Source: Hormiphora californensis (taxonomy: Eukaryota; Animalia; Ctenophora). Taken from it: a stretch of 64,000 nucleotides of DNA. Below are positions 27,460-39,811 of the stretch, piece by piece; within the stretch, counting starts at the first letter, position 1; each line of letters starts with the position of its first letter. A program made the translations under genes and the position numbers. The notes under the pieces are model-generated. The model had not been told where the DNA came from. It ran no database searches and saw only the letters and a list, made by a program, of their open reading frames with translations. The stretch lies in NCBI GenBank assembly GCA_020137815.1, contig CM035359.1:7874001-7938000 (forward strand). Reading direction: 5' to 3'.

Positions 27460-27722
27460 GTGAGTAGGATAGTGGAGGGATGGGTGATGTGATACGTCAT
27501 GTGACGGGATATTTGCAACACTCAACTATGCACTGGGACCACCATACGTCATCATGGGGCCGGGGGTCACCTATCTAGGCCACCCTTCATTGTATATACA
27601 TAGTAAGATTATAAATAAATCAACGGGCCTCCTTTTGTCCCTATCATTCCATTAACTGATTAATGATGAGACTCATAAATAACGTAGCAACACATGAACT
27701 TGATACTATTTAGCTTCTATGA

Positions 27723-28483
27723 AGGGGTCTAATGTCCTACATGCCGAAGAAATTAGGATGAGATCGCCGTCGGCAGGGAGGGCATTTGACCCCTGTTTCC
27801 TGTCCTCCCTGCCGAATGCCCTCCCTACCGATCGGCAGGGAGGGCCGTCGGCAGGGAGGGCATTTACCCCTCATTTTCACCCGCTCTACCGACGATCGGC
27901 AGGGAGGACATTTTACCCCTCCTTTTACCCTCTGTACCGACGATTGGCAGGGAGGGCATTTACCCCTCCTTTTTACCCTCTCCTCCGACGATCGGTTATA
28001 GGGAGGGCATTGGACCCCCCCTTTTCACCCTCTGTGCCGACGAAACCATAATCCAAACTTAGCCCAAACCATCGCCCTAACCATCACCCTAACCATCACC
28101 CTAACTACTGCCCTAATCATAACCCCCACCACCGCCCTAACCCCTACCCACACCCTAACCCTAACCCTAACCCTAACGATACTCAGAGGAACAATACACA
28201 GTGAACTCTTCGTATTTGGCCTGCCGGCCAAATTCTCGAGCTCACAGAAGGAATGAAATGTCCTCCCTACCGACCGTCGGTACAGAGGGTAAAAGGAGGG
28301 GTGAAATATCCTCCCTGCCGATCGTCGGTACAGAGGGTGAATAGGAGGGGTAAATGCCCTCCCTGCCGAATACTCTCACGGAGTGAGTTATCGGCAGGGA
28401 GGGCGGAATATAGGGGTCAAATGCCCTACGTGCCAACGGCGATCTCATCCCAATTTCGTCGGCACGTAGGACATTATACCCCT
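27723..28483. mobile_element. Palindromic MITE with CCCTCCCTGCCGA subrepeats and an internal (CCCTAA)-like tract
   Basis: TIR aggggtctaatgtcctac / gtaggacattatacccct. Further partial copies at 28485-28575 and 29370-29700. Confidence 0.75.
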
Positions 28484-28575
28484 ATATCCCGCCCTCCCTG
28501 CCGACCCGTCGGCAGGGAGGTCCGTCGGTAGGGAGGGCGGGTACCGTCAAATGCCCTACATGCCGACGGCGATGG

Positions 28576-29368
28576 TAGTAGAGTCGATAACTACATCGAC
28601 CTCTCCCAATTGTTCCAGTTTTTGTCACATCTGTTTGGAGCCTCGACACGACCTCTAAACAGGTGTTACTTTTTCACAAACTGTTTTTATCTTGGTGTAA
28701 TCAGCAGTTGAAATGTTGCTAATCATAACAAAAACCTGACTAAATTTTTTCAACTTGGGGTAAAACCATGGGTGTCAAAAGTTAGCTCTAGGTCCCCTGA
28801 GTAACCATCCGGAGACTCTAAGAGATATTTCAAGCCGTTCTCCCGTAATCATTAATCCCGGTGGAGAAACAAATACAATGCGGACGTACGTGAGCGCTGG
28901 CAGGCTGTTTACATGTTATTGTATGTCTCTCACTCTCTCTGGAAAAACTGCACGTGCGGTTGCGCCGCGCGAGATAACTCTTTCTCAAGGGGGAGAAAAG
29001 AGAGAGACGCACATTAACGTTATACATTAAAGTTGAGGTTGTAGGCAATTGCACGTACGTCCATACTCAAATATGTGCTCTACCGGGATTAATGATTACA
29101 GGAGAACGGCTTGAAATATCTCTTAGAGTCTCCGGATGGTTACTCAGGGGACCTAGAGCTAACTTTTGACACCCATGGTTTTACCCCAAGTTGAAAAAAT
29201 TTAGTCAGGTTTTTGTTATGATTAGCAACATTTCAACTGCTGATTACACCAAGATGAAAACAGTTTGTGAAAAAGTAACACCTGTTTAGAGGTCGTGTCG
29301 AGGCTCCAAACAGATGTGACAAAAACTGGAACAATTGGGAGAGGTCGATGTAGTTATCGACTCTACTA
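28576..29368. mobile_element. Academ-like foldback element
   Basis: TGG|TAGTAGAGTCG ... CGACTCTACTA|TGG. Near-perfect arms of ~290 bp. Confidence 0.75.
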
Positions 29369-30167
29369 TGGTGATGGTTAGGGCAATGGTTTGGGCTAAG
29401 TTTGGGTTATGTTTTGTCGGCACAGAGGGTGAAAAGGAGGGGTCAAATGCCCTCCCTGCCGATCGTCGGTAGTGAGGGTGAAAAGGAGGGGTAAATGTCC
29501 TCCCTGCCGACGGCCCTATTTGCCGACCCGTCGACAGGGAGGTCCGTCGGCAGGGAGGGGGTGACTCGACGGCGATCTCATCCTAATTTCGTCGGCATGT
29601 AGGGCATTAGACCCTTGTATTCCGCCATCCCTGCCGAATGACCTCCCTGCTGACCCGTCGGGCGTCGGCAGGTCCGTCGGCAGGGAGGGCGGGTACCGGT
29701 TTTTAAAGGCATAGTTGCTATATTTTTTGCCACGAATTATATTCGCAAACTAGCACAATCTTTGCACTGGGCCTAGGCAACCCCCTCTATTGATACCACA
29801 TAATCCTCCTCACTATCACGCCACCCATTCCCGTCTTTTGCGAAACAAGTAACTTTTGAGAACTTTAAGTACCGCTACTACTGCAGCGTTCAAAGAATCA
29901 CAGTCATTTCCTCAGAAAAGTGATTTAAAGGCATTCAAGTGCGAAAATATCAACTCCCTACTGTCTGTTTCATGCCAAACCAACAGCGATTTCCTGGAAG
30001 CCCGAGGTATCAAAGTAACTTAGATCTGAATACTGCCAATTTGCATGTATCACTGCGCTGGAAAGCGCAAGGTGGCCCATTGCCCAAACCATCCCCGAAA
30101 AAAGTGGCCCCGCTTGCCAACAGCGTAGATATAACAATTTCGAAGTTTTAGCCCATTTTGGCACTTA

Positions 30168-30424
30168 GGGGAAACTCTAGCTCGATGGACGTGGGGTTCA
30201 AAATGGGGGTTCATAATGGGCAAAAATCTAGCTCGACGAATGCTTCATTACTGAAAACGTGCAACCATGGCTGCGTGTCTGTCATCTCGTGCTACGTAAA
30301 AGCCTCTTTAGCGAGCGGAATGGGGCAAATCATGGCAAGTTCTCAGTGATGAAATATCCATAACGCTAGATTTTTGGCAATTATGAACCCCATTATTGCG
30401 TGTCCATCGAGCTAGAGTTTCCCT
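30168..30424. mobile_element. Harbinger-type MITE (same GGGGAAACTCTA terminus as 15110)
   Basis: ggggaaactctagctcgatggac ... gtccatcgagctagagtttccc, with TWA flanks. Confidence 0.7.
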
Positions 30425-30862
30425 TAACATAGACCTAAAATTAACGAAATTATTACCGATTTCGTTAATTAGAGGTTCCGTTATATAGAGGTAATAAGGT
30501 AGTCTAATTTCAAGTGGCCAGCTCATTCCATTCGCAAGTTATGAAATCACCCCCAAAACAAAAGATTGAGTGTGGGGATATAGTGGTTTGTCCCACTTTC
30601 TGTAGGGTGTCCCAATGTCTTTGCATGACCAGTGATTCTGGGTCATAACTGGGCTCCATTAAATTGGTCAAAACTCATTAGGGGGTATGTATAAACCCGG
30701 ATAACCCGGATAACCCGGATAGTCCGGATAATTGATGTTTTCAAGATATGTATCCGGATAACCAAGCTCAGATATGGGACTCCGGATAACTCGGAAACTG
30801 AAATCCGGATAACTCGGATAACTCGGATAAGGGTCCGGATAACTCGGATAAATGTCCGGATA

Positions 30863-33670
30863 CTTGGTACGGTCTCCTCAATCATTCGAGTGGCCGGCTC
30901 CAAGTATCCTCGCTCGTAATGACGTGAGCTGTCTCCACTCATTTCTGTTCTCTGCAGTGTTAGTAATTGCACGGAGAGACTGGGATTGACCCGTAGCGTC
31001 TCGATAATCATTCAGCACACAGGAGGACCAGGTTTTACGCGGTCTTCCTCTGGAACGTCTCCCATGACTAGGCACCCAGTGGTAGAGTTTGTTGGGCACC
31101 CTACCCTCAGGCATTCTAATCAGGTGTCCAAACCAGCGGAGTCTCCCATTGCCAATGAACTTCGAGATTGGTTCTATCCCCGCCCTCTCCAGTACCTCCC
31201 TGTTAGATACTCTCCTAAACCACTGTATTCTCAGGATTCTACGCAGGCACCGTTGGTGGAACGCCTCCACCCGGCGATCTTGGACCTGAGTAGTTGTCCA
31301 GGCCTCACAACCATAGAGAAGAACTGTCAGAACAGCAGCTCTGTATATCCTGATCTTGGTACAGGTCCTGATGTTACGGTTGTACCAGATCCTACAAAGC
31401 ATACTGAATGCACTGTAAGCCTTCCCTATCCTGATACCAAGCTCCTTGTCGATGGTACCGTCAGAGGACAACGCCGATCCGAGATAGGTAAAACTGGAAA
31501 CCTGCTCAACCGGATTACCCTCCACAGAGATGCTGACCGTATCCGCCTCTGAAAATGGGCGCTGGCTAAGACCCTTTGAAAAAGCCACAACTTTGGTCTT
31601 CTTCGCATTAATCTTCAGACCAGCGTACCCTGCGTATTTTACCAGCAAATCTGTTGACTCCTGGAGCCCTTCCTCAGTATCATCCATTACAGCCATGTCA
31701 TCAGCATAGTCGAGATCCATGATCCATTCCCCACCCTCATCACTCTCAGCGCCGTGAAGAGTGAGACCCCTGGAGACAGTCTTGTTGGACTCAGCAAGCT
31801 GAGCCGCCCAGTTAATCACGATGTTGAAGACTGGTGGACCCTGAATGTCGCCCTGACCGGTACCACTGAGGACACTGAACCAGCTGGAGAGCTCCCCGTC
31901 ATGTTTCACTGCACTCATAGTACCGTCAAAGAATGCTCGAATTATCCGGACATACTTCTCTGGAAGACCATAATGGCGGAATGCGGCCCAGATAAAATCC
32001 CTGTTAATACAATCGAATGCTGATTTGAAGTCAATAAAGTTTATATACAACGGTACATTATATTCTATACACTGATGGATGATGGTACGGAGGGAATAAA
32101 TCTGATCCACACAGGACCGGTTACGTCTGAATCCACACTGATTCTCTCGAAGTGCCAATTCAAGACCAGAAGACAACCTGTTCAGCATAATTATCTGGAA
32201 CAGCTTGGAAGTGGTAGATCGCAGAGTGATGCCCCTATTATTTGAGCACACACTGGCGTCACCCTTCTTGGGAATCACCGAGATGACACCCTTTAACCAC
32301 TCCTCCGGGACCTTCTCCTCCCTCCAGACTCCACCAAACAGATCCACAAGGGGGCCAACAAGACCGGACGAGCCATACCGTAGCTGTTCGTTCGAGATCC
32401 CATCAACGCCAGGACTCTTATGGTTTTTGAGCCTCTTCAGTGCCACTAAAACTTCTCCACGAGAAGGCGGAGGATCATCCTCACCAAGATCCTCAAAGCA
32501 CGGGTCCACTTCCAGACCATCCAGATCCGAGAGCTGTGATGTAGTTACAGGGGGGTTTAGCAGCTCAGAGAAGTGCTCCGCCCAGCGCTCCCGCTGTTGA
32601 ACAGGATCAGCGATGAGTTCACCGTTCCTATCACGAACAGCAGTACCGCCGCGTTTCCTCACACCTGACAGATCTTTCATATGCTGCCAAAGTTCCCTCT
32701 GCCGCCCGTGCACCGCAGCATCCTCCAGATCAGACGCCAAACTATCCGCCCACCTTTCATCGTCCACCCGTGCTGCTTTCTTGACCAGCTTATTAAGCCT
32801 AGAGTACTCAGATCCACCCTCGGGATCATTCTTCTTCAGCTCAGCACGTTGGGCGATGAGGTCTCGAGTCTCCAGAGACAAGTGCTGCTGACGAATCCGT
32901 TTCGGCCGCGCTCCCAGGACCTCCAGTGACACCTCACCGATTACCTCCTTAAGTTGCCGCCACTGACCCTCCAGACTTTCCTCAGGCTCCAGAGATTCAA
33001 ACCTGTTCCGGAGAGAGACATTATATTCCGTGCGTGTCTCATCACACCCCTTCCTGAGATTCTCTATAGCTGGAACCTCCCTGACCGGTTTCCTACAGTT
33101 CTTAGCTGCACTCAGCCGGATCCTAACCTTACCCCGAACCAGGTAGTGATCAGACCCGATGTCTGCACTCCTTAGGACCCTAACATCCAACAGAGAACTT
33201 CGCCACTTGTTGCCGACACACAGGTGGTCTATCTGCGTCACAGTGGTACCGTCAGGAGATCTCCAGGTTCCCTTGTGGTGATCCTTATGAGGGAACATCT
33301 TCCCACCAATAGACAACTGATGAATCCCACACAAATCCTCCAACCGCTCACCGTTGTCATTAGAAACTTGGTGGAGAGAGTGCCCGCCACCAACCCTCGC
33401 GTTGAAATCCCCGCCCAAGAAGACCACGTCCTGCCGAGGAAGCCTATCCAAAACCGATGATAACTGGTTGTAGAACTCCTCCTTGACCGCGTCATCCTTA
33501 TCATTGGTTGGAGCATATGCAATAACAAGGGAGATATTAACATGTTTGGTGTGCAGTCGGGCTGCCATGATGCGCTCAGAGAAGGGACTGTAGGAAATTA
33601 AGGACTTCTTGACAGATTTTGATAACACCAACCCAACACCTTGCCGCCTCAAACCATCTGCCCTGCCAGA
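30863..33670 (-). mobile_element. 5'-truncated RTE-clade LINE
   Basis: Inserted in the 21-bp array with a possible GATA duplication. Very short 3' UTR ending CAAG(TA). Confidence 0.9.
30878..33652 (-). CDS. RTE LINE polyprotein: partial AP endonuclease plus reverse transcriptase (uninterrupted 924 aa)
   Basis: Motifs YAPT, GDFNARVG, QIDH, SDH (APE) and FIDFKSAFD, QGD, YADD, FTYLGS (RT). N-terminus truncated. Confidence 0.95.
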   Translation of the reverse strand: MRRQGVGLVLSKSVKKSLISYSPFSERIMAARLHTKHVNISLVIAYAPTNDKDDAVKEEFYNQLSSVLDRLPRQDVVFLGGDFNARVGGGHSLHQVSNDNGERLEDLCGIHQLSIGGKMFPHKDHHKGTWRSPDGTTVTQIDHLCVGNKWRSSLLDVRVLRSADIGSDHYLVRGKVRIRLSAAKNCRKPVREVPAIENLRKGCDETRTEYNVSLRNRFESLEPEESLEGQWRQLKEVIGEVSLEVLGARPKRIRQQHLSLETRDLIAQRAELKKNDPEGGSEYSRLNKLVKKAARVDDERWADSLASDLEDAAVHGRQRELWQHMKDLSGVRKRGGTAVRDRNGELIADPVQQRERWAEHFSELLNPPVTTSQLSDLDGLEVDPCFEDLGEDDPPPSRGEVLVALKRLKNHKSPGVDGISNEQLRYGSSGLVGPLVDLFGGVWREEKVPEEWLKGVISVIPKKGDASVCSNNRGITLRSTTSKLFQIIMLNRLSSGLELALRENQCGFRRNRSCVDQIYSLRTIIHQCIEYNVPLYINFIDFKSAFDCINRDFIWAAFRHYGLPEKYVRIIRAFFDGTMSAVKHDGELSSWFSVLSGTGQGDIQGPPVFNIVINWAAQLAESNKTVSRGLTLHGAESDEGGEWIMDLDYADDMAVMDDTEEGLQESTDLLVKYAGYAGLKINAKKTKVVAFSKGLSQRPFSEADTVSISVEGNPVEQVSSFTYLGSALSSDGTIDKELGIRIGKAYSAFSMLCRIWYNRNIRTCTKIRIYRAAVLTVLLYGCEAWTTTQVQDRRVEAFHQRCLRRILRIQWFRRVSNREVLERAGIEPISKFIGNGRLRWFGHLIRMPEGRVPNKLYHWVPSHGRRSRGRPRKTWSSCVLNDYRDATGQSQSLRAITNTAENRNEWRQLTSLRARILGAGHSND

Positions 33671-35909
33671 GATAACTCGGATAAATGTCCGGATAACTCG
33701 GATAAGGGTCTGGATAACTCGGATAAGGGTCCGAATAACTCGGATAAGGGTCCGGATAACTCGGATAAGGGTCCGGATAACTCGGATAAGGGTCCGGATA
33801 ACTCGGATAAATGTCCGGATAACTCGGATAAGGGTCTGGATAACTCGGATAAGGGTCCGGATAACTCGGATAAGGGTCCGGATAACTCGGATAAGGGTCC
33901 GGATAACTCGGATAAGGGTCCGGATAACTCGGATAAATGTCCGGATAACTCGGATAAGGGTCCGGATAACTCGGATAAATGTCCGGATAACTCGGATAAA
34001 TGTCCGGATAACTCGAATTTGAGCTCGAATAACTCAAACCTGGCTACATTTAGGTCATTTTTGGGTTATCCAAATCAATTCTTGTTATGTTCTAACTGCA
34101 GAGTGCATGAAAAGAGGGTCGAGCAAGGCAACTCCATTCTAAGCTATTTCTTTATCATTTAGGTCAGCTATAGACCATTTCTGGGTTATTTCTATGTTGG
34201 TTTGTCCAATTTTTGTGCGTTTCTGAAACATTCAGGTCAATTCAAGATACTTCAAGGTCTCAAAAGGCTGAAAGGCCCCCCTCCTCCCACAGAAAATGAA
34301 ATCGAAGTGCCGAAAAGAGCCTATTGAGACATTAAAGTAGATATTGAATTGACCTGAATGTTTCAGAAACGCACAAAAATTGGACAAACCAACATAGAAA
34401 TAACCCAGAAATTGTCTATAGCTGACCTAAATGATAAAGAAATAGCTTAGAATGGATTTGCCTTGCTCGACCCTCTTTCCGTGCACTCTGCAGTTAGAAC
34501 ATAACAAGAATTGATTTGGATAGCCCAAAAATGACCTAAATATAGCCAGGTTTGAGTTATTCGAGCTCAAATTCGTGTTATCCGGACATTTATCCGAGTT
34601 ATCCGGACATTTATCCGAATTATCCGGACATTTATCCGAGTTATCCGGACCCTTATCCGAGTTATCCGGACCCTTATCCGAGTTATCCGGACATTTATCC
34701 GAGTTATCCGGACCCTTATCCGAGTTATCCGGACCCTTATCCGAGTTATCCGGACCCTTATCCGAGTTATCCGGACATTTATCCGAGTTATCCGGACCCT
34801 TATCCGAGTTATCCGGACATTTATCCGAGTTATCCGGACATTTATCCGAGTTATCCGGACCCTTATCCGAGTTATCCGGACATTTATCCGAGTTATCCGG
34901 ACCCTTATCCGAGTTATCCGGACATTTATCCGACTTATCCGGACCCTTATCCGAGTTATCCGGACCCTTATCCGAGTTATCCAAGTTATCCGGATACTTA
35001 TCCGAGATATCCGAGTTATCCGGATTTCAGTATCCGAGTAATCCGGAGTCCCATATCCGAGCTTGGTTATCCGGATATCTCGAAAACATCAATTATCCGG
35101 ACTATCCGGACTATCCGGGTTATCCGGGTTTATACATACCCCCTATTGAAAAAAGCTAAATTATTCAAACCAAAAACAGTGTTGTAGAGACGTGGCTGGT
35201 ACCTTTGAAAAATTTTCTTTTTTTGCAAAATTTTACAGAACGATTGTCAATGCTTTGATCGGTGCTCCCCAAAAATTTTGAGAGAAGAAGTTATTTTGAA
35301 ATTTTGATACTATTTCACAGTCGCCTTTGGGTATCGATTTCCTTTCAAACGCGACTAATTTTAGCTCAATTGGACCACCACAAGAGACAAAGTGGCTAGT
35401 TTTCTAACCCTATGTCTGGTCATGCGACCCCCATTGAGACGCTACTGTCATTACGAAGTGCCAATGCCCAATAAGCAGGTGTAACGGTCGAGTATCACGT
35501 ATCACATCTGCTAATGAGGACGGTGTACCGATACAGCGTCCGTTAGAATGTATGTTCTCTTGCTAACACGCCATAATTTAATGGGGATCACATGACCCAA
35601 CCTAGGCTTGGTAAACTGGTCACTGTGATTCTAGTGGTGATCCAATTAAGCTCAAACTGGTCGCACTCGAAAGAAAATTGATAGCCAAAACAATTTGTGA
35701 AACTTTGGTACCAAAATATGGTCCCGTTTTTTGTTCATTCAATGTTCATTCAGGCGAAAAAAATGAACTTTAATCCAGATGGCTGAAACTCCGGATTCCT
35801 CGAATGAGTAGTGAGTACCCATACAAATATTGTGTCAAAATATCAGAGTGATCGAAGTTAAGATTTGGGAGATATGAGGCTCGGCGTACCATGACTTTTT
35901 TTGGCCCAG

Positions 35910-36367
35910 GTAGTTGTTCAGATATTTGAGGTTAACATATCTCCCAAAAAACAACCTTTTGTTGGATAACTTTAGGTCCACAATTTCATTTTATGTGCCA
36001 CTTCCTGAGAAGATGGCTGGGACCTGGGACTTGAAACTTGGCAGTTATGATCCTGAGATGGTGAACTAAAAATCTGATGTAGCTATTTTTGATTTAGGCC
36101 CTAGTTCCTGAAATATTGAGGTTTATATTTCAAAAAGCATGTTTTTTTTAATGTTAACCTCAATATTTCAGGAACTAGGGCCTAAATCAAAAATCGCTAC
36201 ATCACTTTTTTAGTTTACTATCTCAGGATCATAACTGCCAAGTTTCAAGGCCCAGACCCTAGCCGTCTTCTCAGGAAGTGGCACATAAAGTGGAAAAAAT
36301 GTTTTGAAATGTTCACCAAACGGTTGTTTTTTGGGAGATATGTTAACCTCAAATATCTGAACAACTA
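35910..36367. repeat. Palindromic TE-derived segment
   Basis: About 35910-36125 is inverted at about 36152-36367. Confidence 0.75.
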
Positions 36368-36669
36368 TATGGCTTAATGCTCTGAAACTTTGAACACATG
36401 GTCTCCTTGATAACATCTATCGATTGGTACCATTTTCATCTACGTAAGTGACATAAACACAACCTTTTTTGAGGTTTACATTCATTTTGGGCGAAAAGTT
36501 AACCTTAATTTTCTCCTTAACGTTGTGCGCTAAAACGATTCCAACTATTTCATTTTGTCCGGACCAAACCCCGAAAGTGACTTTTTAGACCCATCGACCC
36601 CCCCCCCTCTGGCCTTAAGTCTTAGTTTAGCATTTTGGACAAAAAATAGGGTTTTATGGGTCAAATATG

Positions 36670-36751
36670 CTTTACCCCGATTTAATGGACACCCCGATTT
36701 AACGGAAAAAACCATATCCCCCGAGGTTGCCGTTAAATCGGGGCCCGACTG
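36670..36751. mobile_element. One end of a pogo/Tc1-type MITE
   Basis: ...ccgttaaatcggggcccgactg|TA, with repeated ccccgatttaa. Confidence 0.6.
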
Positions 36752-36905
36752 TATATACATATATATATATATATATTTATATATATAGCAGCTATGCATA
36801 TACGCTTCACTGTGTAACACTTGTTGCTCGAACCATACTAGCTAAAGACTTGAACCAAATTTTATCCAATAGGTAATCATTCGGGCATGCGCATGCATTA
36901 GTTAA

Positions 36906-38089
36906 AGTGAGAGTGGATCGGATCTGAATTGGACAAGCTTGTTATAATAGGTAGTAGAGATTAGTTTTCTGAGCATGTTGCGTTTTTGCCGCTCAAAATC
37001 GACCCACCCATCACTGAGATATTTTTGTTATGTTGGGAGAATTCCTGCTGGATCAATATTTACCAAACAGGATAGAGGCTAATAAACAGTTATCCGGTCA
37101 CCCAACTGTCAGGATAGAAACAATCCTTGTGTTTTACTAATTGTACATCTCTATTATAATTTGGAGATGTCGCGTCGAAGCCGTTCGTTCAGTGAGTTTC
37201 TACGCGACAGTGCTCCTTCATACAAGAATTATTTGCATTATGTATCCATAATGCTACGTTTCCCTGCCCTCTTCGATTTGCCATTCAACTCGCCATAAGC
37301 TGTCCGCAAAATGGGGATTTGTGTTTTTCGAACTTTTAAAAAAACGCAAAACATATTTTTCAATTTCTCCATTTTCCCCAAAAACGCGCGGCCGATATAA
37401 AACAAATTTTGCCGCGCGTTACAGTTTATAGCCGCGCACGCCTCATAAATTTTCAATAGTTTGTGGGCGCGCATGTTACTCCGCAAACTTCAAATCGCGC
37501 GCGCCGCACGGTTGCCCCTCGCAACGAAAGTGTGACCAAAAAATGTCCCTCTACCGATTAGTTAGTATACCAAAATGTCGTTTTCGAATTCTAACCCTGC
37601 TATGCCTTTTTACAAAGTAAAAAGGCATCCGGGTGGATGCCTTCGGCATCCACCCGGGCAGGGAAAAAATACTTTATGTGCCCAAAGCTGTAAAGCTGTC
37701 ATTCACATTTTTGGAACTTCCAGTGGAAGTTTGTTAATATTTTCGAATGACTTTTAACATGCCAGTCCCCATAGTTACCAATTCAGTTGCCATGGCAACC
37801 GTTTTATTGACGGTGAAAGGGGCAAAAAGAACCACCCGGCATTGTATTGCCCTGCTTCTGTGCATGCACATGTCAACCTCACTGCTTATAATTATATTCA
37901 AAATGTGTTAGTAAAACACCACGTTTGTTCTGTTTTATACATACTGATCCAGCAGGAGTTCTCCCAACATAAAAAATATCTCAGTGATGGGTGGATCGAT
38001 TTTGAGCGGTAAAAACGCAAAATGCTCAGAAAGCTAATCTCTACTACCTACAACAAACTTGTCCAATTCTGATTCGGTCCACTCTCACT
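36906..38089. mobile_element. Kolobok-type MITE containing a nested Helitron and HINE
   Basis: TTAA|AGTGAGAGTGGA ... TCCACTCTCACT|TTAA. Arms of ~200 bp. Confidence 0.8.
37223..37669 (-). mobile_element. Complete short HINE inserted in a Helitron unit (~37147-37832)
   Basis: Sub-TIRs TTTCCCTGCCC/GGGCAGGGAAA and 3' stem-loop GCATTATG-GATA-CATAATGC. The empty site at ~21916 shows no TSD. Confidence 0.82.
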
Positions 38090-38393
38090 TTAAGATTCCA
38101 AGTCAAAATGTCCACTATGACGAGGTTAATGATTTCACAAAGTGAGAGGTCATTGAAAAAAACTCAAAGCCAAATATTTTAAAACGCCTCTATTTTATCA
38201 TCCTCAACTTCAAGACGTATTTATTGACGTCACGACGTCAAAATGACGTCGCATTTTGAAATTTTCTTGTAATCAGTTTCCCATATCCTCATTCCTTAAA
38301 ATACCACCATCCAAAGGAATGTGGTAGGGTGTCACATATCCGTCAAATTTGCATTAGATATACATTTTTCATATCTACTCATCTCTTTTTCAG

Positions 38394-38481
38394 CTGTTAA
38401 TGTTATCTTACCGCAGTTCAGCCCCGCTTTGTACAACTATCATCGCTGTAATGCTCTCGGCGGAAACCTTGCTACAATCAG
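38394..38481 (+). CDS. Exon 4 of the predicted secreted protein
   Basis: ctctttttcAG acceptor, VNVILPQFSPALYNYHRCNALGGNLATI, GTAATC donor, phase 1 to 2. Confidence 0.6.
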
Positions 38482-38575
38482 GTAATCAGCACAAAATATC
38501 ATAGCACTGGCAAGTGCCCCGGGCCCAAAAGGGGGGGGGGTGCGGGGGCGGAGCCCCCACCTTAGAAATACCATC

Positions 38576-39586
38576 GGCAGGTCGGTAGAACTTCGACAGA
38601 ATTTAGGGTAGGTCTGAATTTAGGGTAGGTCTGAATTTAGGGTAGGTCTGAATTTAGGGTAGGTCTGAATTTAGGGTAGGTCTGAGTTTAGGGTAGGTGA
38701 ATTTAGGGTAGGTCTGAATTTAGGGTAGGTCTGAATTTAGGGTAGGTCCGTAACGTATCGTTTATCAAAGCATTGCAAATCGACATTAGATTCTGATTAG
38801 GTCCCTGAACCGCGTCCCGTATCTCGTATCAACTCATTTCAATTCGAGGTTAGACACAAATTAGGTCCCTGAACCGCGTCCCGTATCTCGTATCAACTCA
38901 TTGAAATTCGATCTTAGTCACCGATTAGGTCGCTGAACCACGTCCCGTATCTCGTATCAACTTATTGGAATTCGAGATTAGACACAAATGAGATGGCAAA
39001 CAAATTATTTTTTTTCTTAAACAGGTTTCAACTCAGGATGGAACTCTTAAAATATACGTGCATAAACTTTGTTTTCTTCAAAGGAGGGGAGGAGGGTCGA
39101 ACAAGGCAACATAAACTAAGTGAACAGTCAAACAGTCCTAATTTCATTTGATGCAATACGGAACACAGTCTACCGACCTAACTCAGTTCACCTACTTTAA
39201 GTAGTAATCTCGGTGACTAAGATGGAATTTCAATGAGCTGATATGAGATACGGAACGCGGTTCAGGGACCTAATTTGTGTCTAACCTCGAATTTCAATGA
39301 GTTGATACGAGATACGGGAAGTGGTTCAGCGACCTAATCGGTGACTAAGATGGAATTGCAATGAGTTGATACGAGATACGGGACGCGGTTCAGCGACCTA
39401 TTCAGAATCTAATGTCGAATTGCAATGCTTTAATAAACGATACGTTACGGACCTACCCTAAATTCAGACCTACCCTAAATGCACCTACCCTAAATTCAGA
39501 CCTACCCTAAATTGACCTACCCTAAATTCAGACCCACCCTAAATTCAGACCTACCCTAAATTCTGTCGAAGTTCTACCGACCTGCC
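38576..39586. mobile_element. Merlin-type foldback element with 17-bp and ~62-bp internal repeats
   Basis: TIR GGCAGGTCGGTAGAACTTCGACAG and (gaatttagggtaggtct)n. No TSD, and the right flank starts in the middle of a Helitron. Confidence 0.75.
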
Positions 39587-39702
39587 CGGGGTACGTAGGT
39601 GGGAGAGCTTTGGCAATCATGGCGGCCCCAGTAGTAGATCCCAAAATACCACAGGAACAACACAGGAACACGCAACAAACAAACAATAACATGCACGTGC
39701 AG

Positions 39703-39811
39703 CAGGAACCGACCGAACCAAGTAAACAACCAATCAGAGCTCGTTATTTAGGTCACGTTACTGGTTATCAGCCAATCAAGCGCCAGTATTTCCTGATTCG
39801 GTCGGTTCCTG
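39703..39811. mobile_element. 109-bp hAT-type MITE
   Basis: 8-bp TSD ACGTGCAG and 15-bp TIR CAGGAACCGACCGAA. Confidence 0.9.

Larger units (their letters stand above)
30679..35145. mobile_element. Foldback element with 21-bp minisatellite arms (TAGGG termini, hAT-like)
   Basis: TIR TAGGGGGTATGTATAAACCCGGATAA. (ccggataactcggataagggt)n at 33671-34015, inverted at 34578-35000. No TSD found. Confidence 0.8.

Noticed and set aside
28060-28176. (CCCTAA)n telomere-like tract
   Set aside because: Short, degenerate and internal to a MITE, so not evidence of a telomere or fusion.
29795-29859. PVFCETSNF* resembling a C-type lectin C-terminus
   Set aside because: No acceptor site and an in-frame stop just upstream.
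33576-35187. Repetitive ORFs (PSYPDPY, DNSDKGP, SELSGPL)
   Set aside because: A 21-bp minisatellite without stops, open in several frames on both strands, inside TE arms.
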